This document shows positions 19,714-27,986 of a stretch of DNA of 64,000 nucleotides, piece by piece. The position numbers were made by a program, and so were the translations under genes. The stretch's first letter is position 1. The number at the start of each line of letters is the position of its first letter. Under the pieces are notes generated by a model. The model was not told where the DNA came from. It worked only from the letters and a program-made list of their open reading frames with translations, and searched no databases. This stretch comes from Terriglobia bacterium (GTDB taxonomy: Bacteria; Acidobacteriota; Terriglobia; Acidiferrales; UBA7541). The stretch is from positions 35,237-99,236 of the forward strand of contig CAWESM010000006.1 of NCBI GenBank assembly GCA_963811715.1, in the 5' to 3' direction.

Positions 19714-21563
19714 TTAGGGCAACGCAAACGCGTTCACGCCTGAGCTCACGATCACCACATACTGCTTGCCGTTGCGCCCCATGTAGGTCATCGGGTTGGT
19801 GTGACCTTCCGTGTCGAGCTTCGCTTCCCAGAGCAGTTTGCCGGTGCGCGATTCGAACGCGCGGAAGCGCTTGTCGATGGTTCCCGCGATGAACACCAGC
19901 CCGCCGGCCGTGGCGATGGGCCCGCCTTGCCCAAACGCTCCGGTATTGTGGATGCCCTTGGCTTCCAGCTCATCGCTCGTGCCGAGGGGGACCCGCCAGG
20001 CGATGTCGCCGGTGTTGGCGTTGACGGCCATCAACTCCGCCCACGGCGGTTGCTGGCAGGGCAACTGCGTGTCCGGGTCCCAGAAGCGCGCGTTGAACGA
20101 GCCTTTCCCAAGAGGACTGAAGCGGCGGTAGGCCACTTGATCGCCGTCCGGCGTCTTATCCAGGCGGCCCATGCCCGCCGACGTTGCGCGAGTTTACGAA
20201 CACATATCCCAGCTTGGGATCGACGGAGACGCCGCCATAATTGGGCCCGCCCTGCTGGCCCGGAAAAATGATCCTGAATTCCTTGCTGCTATAGGGCGTG
20301 TAGGGGCCTTCGTTGTGGATGCCGCCGATCTTGGCTACCAGGTCCCGGCAGAATTTTTCGTGCTCTGGCTCGCCGGTGAAGATCTCCTCGGGCTTCATGC
20401 CGTTGCGCGCCAGCGGCGGGGGCTTCAGCGGGAACGGCTGCGTCGGCGAGGTCTGCTCGCCGGGGACGTCGCTTTGCGGCACGGGCCGCTCTTCCACGGG
20501 ATAGACGGATTTGCCGGTTTCGCGATCGAGGAAAAACATCAGCCCCGGTTTTGAGATCGCCACCACCACCGGGATTTTCTTTCCGTCGCGAACCACGTCC
20601 ATCAGCGAGGGAGCGGCTTCGGCGTCGTAGTCCCACACGTCGTGATGCGTTAACTGGAAATACCAGCGCACTTTTCCGGTGTTGGCGTCCAGCGCCACGA
20701 TCGAGGACGAATACAGATTCTGCCCGTGCCGCGCGCCGCCAAAGTATTGGGCAGCAGGCTGGCCGATGGGCAGAAAGATCAGGCCGCGCTGCGCATCGAC
20801 GGTCGCGGCGCCCCAGTTGGCGGGCGATCCGGCGGTCGATCCAATTGTCCTTCGGCCAGGTCTCATAGCCGGGTTCGCCGGGATGCGGGATGGTGTGGAA
20901 GGTCCAGACCAATTTGCCGGTGCGGAGATCCCAGGCGCGCACGTCCATGGCCGGCCCGTCGGGGTCGTCTTCTTTGCCCTGCGCTCCCGTGATGATCAGG
21001 TTGCGATAGATGACTCCGGGAGAACTCATGTGATACGGCGCGCCGGGAAATTTCTCGGTGACCCCGGCTCGTAGGTCGACAATGCCTTCCTTGCCGAATC
21101 CCGGAACGAGCTTTCCCGTCTTGGCGTTAAGGGCGATCAGCCGTCCGTCGCTGGTCCCCGCGAGGATCGCGGGCGGATTATCCTTGTCGCCCTGCCAATA
21201 GGTGACGCCGCGAAGCGTGGCGCTCGCTTTGCCCAGGTCATATTTCCAGATTTCCTTGCCGGTCTCGGGTTCTAGCGCCACGATCGTGTGATGGACGGTC
21301 GGCGTGTACAACATGCCATCGACCATGATCGGCACCGCTTCTGTTGCCGGTGGTCCTTGCGTTGCCGCGCTGGGGCTAGCGGCGTTGGCGGGAATGCCGT
21401 ACTGCCAGGCCCTTCTGAGCTTCGAAACATTTCCCGTATCAATCTGCTTCAGTGGTGAATAACGCTGGCCCGCCTGATCGTAACCGTATGCTGGCCAGTC
21501 GGTTTGGCAATAGGCGCCTGGAACGACGATGCCCGCGAGGAGTACGGTTGCAAATATTCTCAT
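19714..21563 (-). pseudogene. PQQ-dependent (quinoprotein) dehydrogenase with signal peptide, two apparent frameshifts
   Basis: Three overlapping minus-strand ORFs give one 8-bladed-propeller-type protein (MRIFATVLLAG...DWPAYGYDQAGQRYSPL...; ...NWGAATVDAQRGLIFLP...; ...WAELMAVNANTGDIAWRVPLG...). Frame changes near ~20840 and ~20168. Confidence 0.8.
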
Positions 21564-21731
21564 TGAAATCTCCGGGTCGCGACAACCCGAGCGGCATTTC
21601 CTATTTCAACGCCCTCTGTGCGCGAAACTATACGGCAGAAAGCCCCTCGTTTCATTTTCCATTCGCTCCATCCCATCCCGCATGGATTTCAACTGCTGAT
21701 TGTACCGAGTCGCGACCTTCCTGCATGTTTT

Positions 21732-22478
21732 CTATCCCATCCGCAAACCACCATTGACATCCAGAACGGCCCCCGTAATATAACTCGCCTCTTCACTGGC
21801 TAAAAAGACGATGGCAGCGGCCACTTCCGCGTCCGTGCCCATCCGCCCTAGCGGCACTCGGGCCATCAATCCATTCTTTACTTCTTTTGGCAACGGGTCT
21901 GTCATGGGCGAAACGATGAACCCCGGCGCCACCGCGTTCACTGTAATATTCCGCGAGGCGATTTCCACCGCCAGGGCGCGCGTCAAACCGATCAGTCCGG
22001 CCTTCGCCGCGACGTAATTCACTTGTCCCGGATTCCCCGTCTCCGCAACGACGGACGTCACATTGATGATGCGCCCATACCGGGCGCGCATCATCAACGA
22101 CATCGCTTGTTGCGCGCAAAAATGCGCGCCGGTCAGATTCGTGCGCAGCACCGCATCCCAATCTTCGGCCTTCATCCGCACGGCCAGGCCATCGCGAGTG
22201 ATGGCCGCGTTGTTCACCAGTATATCCAGCCTCCCGAATTTTTCGCTGGTCTGGCGAAACCCGGCTTTGACCTGCTCCGCGTCGGCTACGTCCATGGACA
22301 CCGCGATCGCCTCACCCCCGGCGGCGGTGATTTTGGCGACCACTTCGGCCAATTTCCCGGCATTGCGGGCGGCAGCCACGACGCGCGCGCCTGCTTGCGC
22401 CAGAGCCAGCGCGGTGGCGCGCCCGATTCCTTGTGACGCGCCAGTCACCAGCGCGACTCTGTCTTGTAAGCTGAACAT
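21732..22478 (-). CDS. fabG: 3-oxoacyl-ACP reductase
   Basis: ALVTGASQGIGRA, NNAAI and YVAAKAGLIG motifs. 248 aa. Position next to fabD. Confidence 0.9.
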   Translation of the reverse strand: MFSLQDRVALVTGASQGIGRATALALAQAGARVVAAARNAGKLAEVVAKITAAGGEAIAVSMDVADAEQVKAGFRQTSEKFGRLDILVNNAAITRDGLAVRMKAEDWDAVLRTNLTGAHFCAQQAMSLMMRARYGRIINVTSVVAETGNPGQVNYVAAKAGLIGLTRALAVEIASRNITVNAVAPGFIVSPMTDPLPKEVKNGLMARVPLGRMGTDAEVAAAIVFLASEEASYITGAVLDVNGGLRMG

Positions 22479-22490
22479 GGATGGGTTGCT

Positions 22491-22565
22491 GTAGCACAGG
22501 CTTCAGCCTGTGTGGTTTTGATTCTCGTCCTCGCGGAACAGCACACAGGCTGAAGCCTGTGCACC
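22491..22565. repeat. REP/BIME-like double-hairpin element, copy 1 (fills the fabD-fabG intergenic space)
   Basis: CACAGGC-TTCA-GCCTGTG (22495-22512) and its inverse CACAGGC-TGAA-GCCTGTG (22544-22561) are separated by about 31 nt. Near-identical element at 42020-42094. Confidence 0.6.
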
Positions 22566-22566
22566 T

Positions 22567-23526
22567 TTACGCTTCCGCCGATTCCGTTTGCGCTTGCGCC
22601 AGCTTTTCCAATGTCGATTGCAGCGACTTTACATCCTCGACGTTGAACACATGAACCGAGCGGTCAATTTGCCGCAGCAATCCGGTCAGGACGCGCCCCG
22701 GTCCGACTTCGACAAACGTGTTCACGCCCTCTTCGACCATGACGCGCACGGACTCTTCCCATCGTACCGGCAACGTTACTTGTCGGATCAGTGAATCTCG
22801 CGCTTCATCGCCAGTGGACGTGATCTCCGCATCCACGTTGGTGACCAGCGGTACGCGCAAGGGATGAAACGTCGTCGCGCGCAGGTCGATCTCCAGACGC
22901 TGCTGCGCGGGCAGCATCAGCGCGCTGTGGAACGGAGCGGAAACCGGGAGCATCACGGCGCGCTTGGCGCCTCCGGCCGAGGCCATCTCCACCGCGCGCT
23001 TTACCGCCGCCGCATGCCCGGAAATCACGGTCTGCTCGGGAGAATTCAGATTGGCAGGCGAGACCACTTGGCCGTCGGCCGCCTTGCGGCAGATTCCCGC
23101 TACTTGGGCCGGCGCGAGTCCCATGATGGCCGCCATCGCGCCATCGCCTTCCGGCACCGCCGACTGCATATACTCGCCGCGGTGGCGTAGCAACCGCACC
23201 GCATCCACAAAGTCGAGTCCGCCCGCGGCCACGATCGCGGAATATTCTCCCAGGCTGTGCCCGGCGACAAAATCTGGGCGCACGCCTTTCTCTTCCAGCA
23301 CGCGGCAGGCGGCCACGGATACCGTCAAGATTGCCGGTTGCGTGTTCGGGGTTAGCTTCAGGGCCTCTTCACTGCCGGCGAAACACAACTCGGAAACAGA
23401 AAATCCGAGCGCCTGATCGGCCTCGGCGAATACACTTCGGGCCGCCGGAAATTTATCGGCCAGTTCTTTGCCCATGCCGGGGTACTGAGAGGCCTGCCCC
23501 GGAAACAAAAATGCCAATTTTCCCAT
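22567..23526 (-). CDS. fabD: malonyl-CoA:ACP transacylase
   Basis: LFPGQASQYPGMG and GHSLGEYSA active-site motifs. 319 aa. Confidence 0.95.
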   Translation of the reverse strand: MGKLAFLFPGQASQYPGMGKELADKFPAARSVFAEADQALGFSVSELCFAGSEEALKLTPNTQPAILTVSVAACRVLEEKGVRPDFVAGHSLGEYSAIVAAGGLDFVDAVRLLRHRGEYMQSAVPEGDGAMAAIMGLAPAQVAGICRKAADGQVVSPANLNSPEQTVISGHAAAVKRAVEMASAGGAKRAVMLPVSAPFHSALMLPAQQRLEIDLRATTFHPLRVPLVTNVDAEITSTGDEARDSLIRQVTLPVRWEESVRVMVEEGVNTFVEVGPGRVLTGLLRQIDRSVHVFNVEDVKSLQSTLEKLAQAQTESAEA

Positions 23527-23550
23527 TGAGAAGGACCGCCGTTTCGTCGC

Positions 23551-24567
23551 TTAGGCTTCCACGGCGACTGGAAGCATGGAAAGCTCTTGCTCGATTCTCT
23601 CGTTGACCCCGCCGCGGACCAACTCCGTAGCCACTCGGACGGCGTTCTTGATCGCGTGTGCGTTCGAACTCCCGTGCCCGATCACGGTCACGCCACGCAC
23701 ACCCAGCAGGGGCGCGCCGCCGTATTCCGAGTAATCAATCTTCTTTCGAAAGCTCTTGTATGCTTTCCGCGACAGCACATAGCCCACCTGCGAACTCAGC
23801 GTGCTCTGCAGGGCATCCTTGAGCAACGTCACGATGTGCTGCGCGACGCCCTCGCTGATTTTCAGCGCGATGTTTCCGATGAACCCGTCGCAAACGATCA
23901 CATCCACGTCCCCGCCGAAGATTTCCCGCCCTTCGACGTTTCCCACAAAGTTCAGCGTGGATTGTTTCAGGCGGCTGTGCACCTCGCGCGTCAGTTCGTT
24001 GCCCTTCATCTCTTCTTCGCCGATCGAGAGCAGCGCCACTTTCGGCCGCCGCGTTCCAAAAATGGCCCTGTAGTAGATTTCTCCCATCACTGCAAACTGC
24101 ACCAGATGCGCCGGCTTCGAATCCACATTCGCGCCCACATCCAGCAGCACGGACGTCCCGCCGCGCGCGGTCGGAAACGGAGCCGCCAAGGCCGGCCGAT
24201 CCACCGAAGACAGGGTTCCCAAGCCAAAACGAGCGACGGCCATCACTGCTCCTGTATTCCCCGCGCTAATCATCCCGTCGGCTTGGCCACCGCGCACCAG
24301 CTTGGTTGCCACGTGCGCCGAACTGTCCTTTTTCTTCCGGAAGGCCTGCGAGGGAGAATCATGCATCGCGATGACTTCGCTGGCCGGCACAATTTCGATG
24401 GGCAGTCCGCGATGCGAGTGCTTCGCAAGTTCGCGCTTCAGTTCCGGCGCGAGGCCCACCAGCAGGATGCGCACGCCGAACTCGCGGGCCGCCACGATGG
24501 CGCCCTCGACCTCAGGACGCGGCGCATGGTCTCCTCCCATAGCATCCACTGCGATGGTGATCATCAA
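23551..24567 (-). CDS. plsX: phosphate acyltransferase
   Basis: ITIAVDAMGGDHAP start, ...SAGNTGA..., ...VCDGFIGN... 338 aa. Downstream of rpmF. Confidence 0.95.
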   Translation of the reverse strand: MMITIAVDAMGGDHAPRPEVEGAIVAAREFGVRILLVGLAPELKRELAKHSHRGLPIEIVPASEVIAMHDSPSQAFRKKKDSSAHVATKLVRGGQADGMISAGNTGAVMAVARFGLGTLSSVDRPALAAPFPTARGGTSVLLDVGANVDSKPAHLVQFAVMGEIYYRAIFGTRRPKVALLSIGEEEMKGNELTREVHSRLKQSTLNFVGNVEGREIFGGDVDVIVCDGFIGNIALKISEGVAQHIVTLLKDALQSTLSSQVGYVLSRKAYKSFRKKIDYSEYGGAPLLGVRGVTVIGHGSSNAHAIKNAVRVATELVRGGVNERIEQELSMLPVAVEA

Positions 24568-24611
24568 GTACTCCGGCGGGGTCCCCTGCGTGCTCCGTGA
24601 ACTTCCGGGCG

Positions 24612-24791
24612 TCAGGCCCCGGTGTCCACGACTTCCCGCCCCTTATAGTAACCGCAGTGCGGGCATACCTGGTGAGGTTGCTTCATTTCATGACAATTGG
24701 GGCACTTGGCGAGCGCCGGAGCGGTTAGGAAGTCGTGCGCGCGCCGCTTATTCTTTCGGGCATGCGAATGGCGTCGTTTTGGGTTGGGCAT
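24612..24791 (-). CDS. rpmF: 50S ribosomal protein L32
   Basis: Not in the ORF track (59 aa). My minus-strand translation is MPNPKRRHSHARKNKRRAHDFLTAPALAKCPNCHEMKQPHQVCPHCGYYKGREVVDTGA*. Confidence 0.9.
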   Translation of the reverse strand: MPNPKRRHSHARKNKRRAHDFLTAPALAKCPNCHEMKQPHQVCPHCGYYKGREVVDTGA

Positions 24792-24853
24792 GCAAACTCC
24801 TTCTCCTCACCCCAAGCTGAATGGGGCATTCTATGGTGTTTCCGCCTTGATTT

Positions 24854-25387
24854 CTATTGCTTTTTGAACCAGTCCTGCTTTAGGCGAGCCAGGGGCGCCG
24901 TACGCGGGTCCGCGACATGGGCTTCACAGCGGCATTCCTCGTTATTCAGGTTCACCCCGCACTGCGGGCAAAGACCCCGGCAATCGCTGCGGCAGATCGC
25001 CTTCATCGGCAGCGCCAGGAGCACCTGTTCGGCCAGTACGTCAGCCAGGAAAAGTCCTTCACCCTCAAAAAACGCGATTTCGGTGTCATCCAACTTGAGG
25101 CGTTCTTCCTCTTCCTTCGTCATGGAGGCCAAGGGCCGGTAAAAGAGGTCAAAGTCGCGGGCCACATCCTCATTCACAGGCTCAAGACACCGCGCACAAG
25201 TCATTTCGAGCCGCGTATGCAGCTCTCCGGTGATGCGGATTTGGCCCTCGAGCAGCTCGGCCGTCGCGCGCACCTCGAGAGGCTCGACTTGCCGGAAATC
25301 TCCCGTGTGGTAGTCCACCGTCCCGGGTGCATAGCTTTTCCGGATACGGACCCTGCGGACCGCCAACTCTTTAACGTCCAGGAACAT
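24854..25387 (-). CDS. yceD: YceD/DUF177 family protein
   Basis: 177 aa with paired CxxC motifs (CARCLEPV ... CSDCRGLCPQCG). Conserved position immediately upstream of rpmF. Confidence 0.8.
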   Translation of the reverse strand: MFLDVKELAVRRVRIRKSYAPGTVDYHTGDFRQVEPLEVRATAELLEGQIRITGELHTRLEMTCARCLEPVNEDVARDFDLFYRPLASMTKEEEERLKLDDTEIAFFEGEGLFLADVLAEQVLLALPMKAICRSDCRGLCPQCGVNLNNEECRCEAHVADPRTAPLARLKQDWFKKQ

Positions 25388-25577
25388 TCGCTTTTCGCCT
25401 TCTCGGCCGGGAGCCTTAACCTCCCAGTGAAATCTATTATATGTCCCGCCCCAGTGATGTCAAGGAAGCCGCCCAAACGATCCACAGCCTTGATTCGAAA
25501 CAGATACGACTCATCTGGCGGAAAGTTCGAATGGGATAGAACAACTTCCTGGCGCGACTGGCAAGCCAGCAGTACGG

Positions 25578-26717
25578 CTACCGGGCGGCGGGTGCGGACC
25601 TCGCGCCCAGCAGCTCCTGGTGTTGTCGCAGAAGAAAATGGTCGGTCATCCCGGCGATGTAATCACACACGACGCGATGGCGGGGCTCGCGTTGGGCCAG
25701 CCCGGCGTATGACTTCGGCATGGCTTCCGGATGGTCGAGGTAGAACTCAAATAACTGTTCCAGGGCTTCCACGGACCGCTCGCGGTCCATGACGATGGCC
25801 GGTTGGTTGTACAGCCGTTCGAGCAGGAACTTCTTGAGCGCGGCGTTTTCCGTGGCCGCCTGCGGGGTGAATCCCGCCAGACGCCGCGGCAGACGCCGTA
25901 CCTCTTCGACGCTGTTCGCGCCTGAAGCCGCCGCCTCCGCTCGTGTATTCTCAATCAGGTCCGTCGCTAAATAATCTATAATGAACTTAACTGCCTCGTT
26001 AAATTTTAATTTCTCGATTCCCTCCGCGTGGCCGCGTTCCACTTCTTCATAAAATTCGGCGAACAGCGGCACTTGGGAACGAATCATCCCGATATCGAGC
26101 AGCTTGGCTTCGTAGCCGTCGTCCAGGTCTGCGGTGTTGTACGCAATCTCATCGACAAAATCGATCAGTTGCGCTTCGAGCGGCGGCCGCTCGTCGAGCC
26201 GGTACTCCGACAATTCAGGAAACGCGGCCGGATCGTAATCGCGTGAATGCTTGATGATTCCTTCCCGGACCTCGAACGTCAGATTGAGCCCGGGGAAATC
26301 CAGGTAGCGCTGCTCGAATTGCTCGACGATATGAAGCGCGTGCAGATTGTGGTCGAACCCGCCGCCGTGCGGGCGCATCAACTCGTCCAGCTTGCGTTCC
26401 CCAGCATGCCCGAATGGCGGGTGCCCGATGTCATGCACCAAGGCCAGCGCTTCGGCGAGATCGGTATCGAGCCCGTGCGCTCCCGCCACGGTGCGCGCGA
26501 TCTGCGCCACTTCCAGCGTATGCGTGAGGCGATTGCGAAAGTGGTCGGAATACCGCGTGGTAAAGACCTGCGTTTTCGCCTCGAGGCGCCGGAACGCCCG
26601 CGAGTGAATCACGCGGTCGCGGTCCCGCGCGTAAATATTCCGGTACGGATGCGGAGGTTCAGGATAGCGCCGTCCGCGCGACTTTGCCGCATCCATCGCA
26701 TAAGAGACGAGCGCCAT
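25578..26717 (-). CDS. dGTPase-like HD-domain triphosphohydrolase
   Basis: RDRDRVIHSRAFRRL, RLTHTLEV and VHDIGHPPFGH motifs. 379 aa. Confidence 0.85.
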   Translation of the reverse strand: MALVSYAMDAAKSRGRRYPEPPHPYRNIYARDRDRVIHSRAFRRLEAKTQVFTTRYSDHFRNRLTHTLEVAQIARTVAGAHGLDTDLAEALALVHDIGHPPFGHAGERKLDELMRPHGGGFDHNLHALHIVEQFEQRYLDFPGLNLTFEVREGIIKHSRDYDPAAFPELSEYRLDERPPLEAQLIDFVDEIAYNTADLDDGYEAKLLDIGMIRSQVPLFAEFYEEVERGHAEGIEKLKFNEAVKFIIDYLATDLIENTRAEAAASGANSVEEVRRLPRRLAGFTPQAATENAALKKFLLERLYNQPAIVMDRERSVEALEQLFEFYLDHPEAMPKSYAGLAQREPRHRVVCDYIAGMTDHFLLRQHQELLGARSAPAAR

Positions 26718-26962
26718 ACCTGGATTCTATGCCACGCCAGCCGCCACACCAAACGTTGATACCCGGTGGTTAGGGTAGACACTCCTGACGGTCCAGTCCG
26801 ATATCCCCACGCAACACGTTGTGTTAGGTTGTTCTTGTGTACGGGCATCATTTGTTTACGCTGAGCCTGGAAGAGCCGGCAGACTAAAGAAAGTATGTGG
26901 GGCCCGAGAGAAATTTCGAGTCACTTGACGAACCGCCAGCGAACCGAATGAGGTGAATAGCA

Positions 26963-27757
26963 ATGTCTTCAGCACCAGCAGGAAAACACGCGGGGCCAGG
27001 CACAACGAGTAACCAGCCCGCAGTCGCCGAGCCTACCTATGCCGAGCGAGCGCGTACTTTAATGTACCTCGGCCGAATCGGCAGCCTCTCGACGCTTTCG
27101 CGCAAGCAGCCCGGGTTTCCTTTCGGATCCGTGATGCCCTATGGCCTGGACGATCACGGGCGTGCCATCTTCCTGATCAGCACGATGGCCATGCACACTC
27201 AAAATTTGCAGGCAGACCCGCGCTCGAGCCTCTTGGTAACCCAGCCGGATGCCACTGGCGATCCCTTGGGAGCGTCGCGAGTCACGTTGGTGGGGAATGT
27301 TCTGCCGGTGCCGGAACCCGAAGTGGCTGAGGCACGGAAACTCTACCTGGCGCGCTACGCCAATAGCAAATACTGGGTGGACTTCGAAGACTTTTCCTTT
27401 TACCGCATGGGTATGGTGGACGTTTATTACGTGGGTGGCTTTGGGGTGATGGGCTGGGTGACCGCCTCGGAGTATAGCGTCGCCCAGCCCGACCCGCTGG
27501 TCGATCATGCGGGCGGAATCATCCAACACATGAACAGCCATCACGCAGGCGCCCTCATCGAGCTGGCCCGTGCATTCGCTGGAATTGAGTCCGAGGAAGT
27601 GACGATGACTTCCGTCGACCGGCTCGGCTTTCACATTCGCTTCAAAACCCCGGATGGCATGCGCGGCGCGCGAATCGCTTTCTCGCGGGAAGTGAGCAAT
27701 CCGGAAGAAGCCAGAAGCGTTGTCGTGGATATGGTGGCCGAATCTCGAAAAAAGTGA
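26963..27757 (+). CDS. HugZ/PNPOx-like FMN-binding-fold protein with DUF2470-type C-terminus
   Basis: ARTLMYLGRIGSLSTLSRKQPGFPFGSVMPYGLDDHGRAIFLISTMAMHTQNL pattern. Family call from memory of this fold, moderate. Confidence 0.6.
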   Translation: MSSAPAGKHAGPGTTSNQPAVAEPTYAERARTLMYLGRIGSLSTLSRKQPGFPFGSVMPYGLDDHGRAIFLISTMAMHTQNLQADPRSSLLVTQPDATGDPLGASRVTLVGNVLPVPEPEVAEARKLYLARYANSKYWVDFEDFSFYRMGMVDVYYVGGFGVMGWVTASEYSVAQPDPLVDHAGGIIQHMNSHHAGALIELARAFAGIESEEVTMTSVDRLGFHIRFKTPDGMRGARIAFSREVSNPEEARSVVVDMVAESRKK

Positions 27758-27929
27758 GCGACCATGCCGCAGCCATGTCCTATGGTGCCAGCGCCATAGT
27801 TGCGTTCCAAGCCAGTTCAGCCGCCACCCTAAGCTCTGGCAGCTCCCCCCCGGTTGGGATGCCCTAGTACTTCCCCACTCCGTAGTCGGCGCCACCGCGG
27901 GGCGAGGGGGCAGTTCCCGAGAATCCGGC

Positions 27930-27958
27930 TTGCCAGTATTTTTCCATACGCTTATAGA
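27930..27958 (+). promoter_or_regulatory. possible sigma70-like promoter (TTGCCA-N17-TATAGA)
   Basis: Read directly from the sequence, about 30 nt upstream of the ATG at 27987. Weakly supported. Confidence 0.35.
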
Positions 27959-27986
27959 ATCAACGACTTAGCGTCCCTGGGTCAAA

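Noticed and set aside
3627-21563. Programmed ribosomal frameshifting as an explanation for the split genes
   Set aside because: The junctions show no slippery heptamers or downstream structures. Several genes need two or three shifts in both directions, and the affected families are not known to use recoding.
23587-25792. Plus-strand ORFs 23587..24600 and 24917..25792
   Set aside because: They are antisense shadows of plsX and yceD/dGTPase, with no motifs and an extreme Arg/His content.
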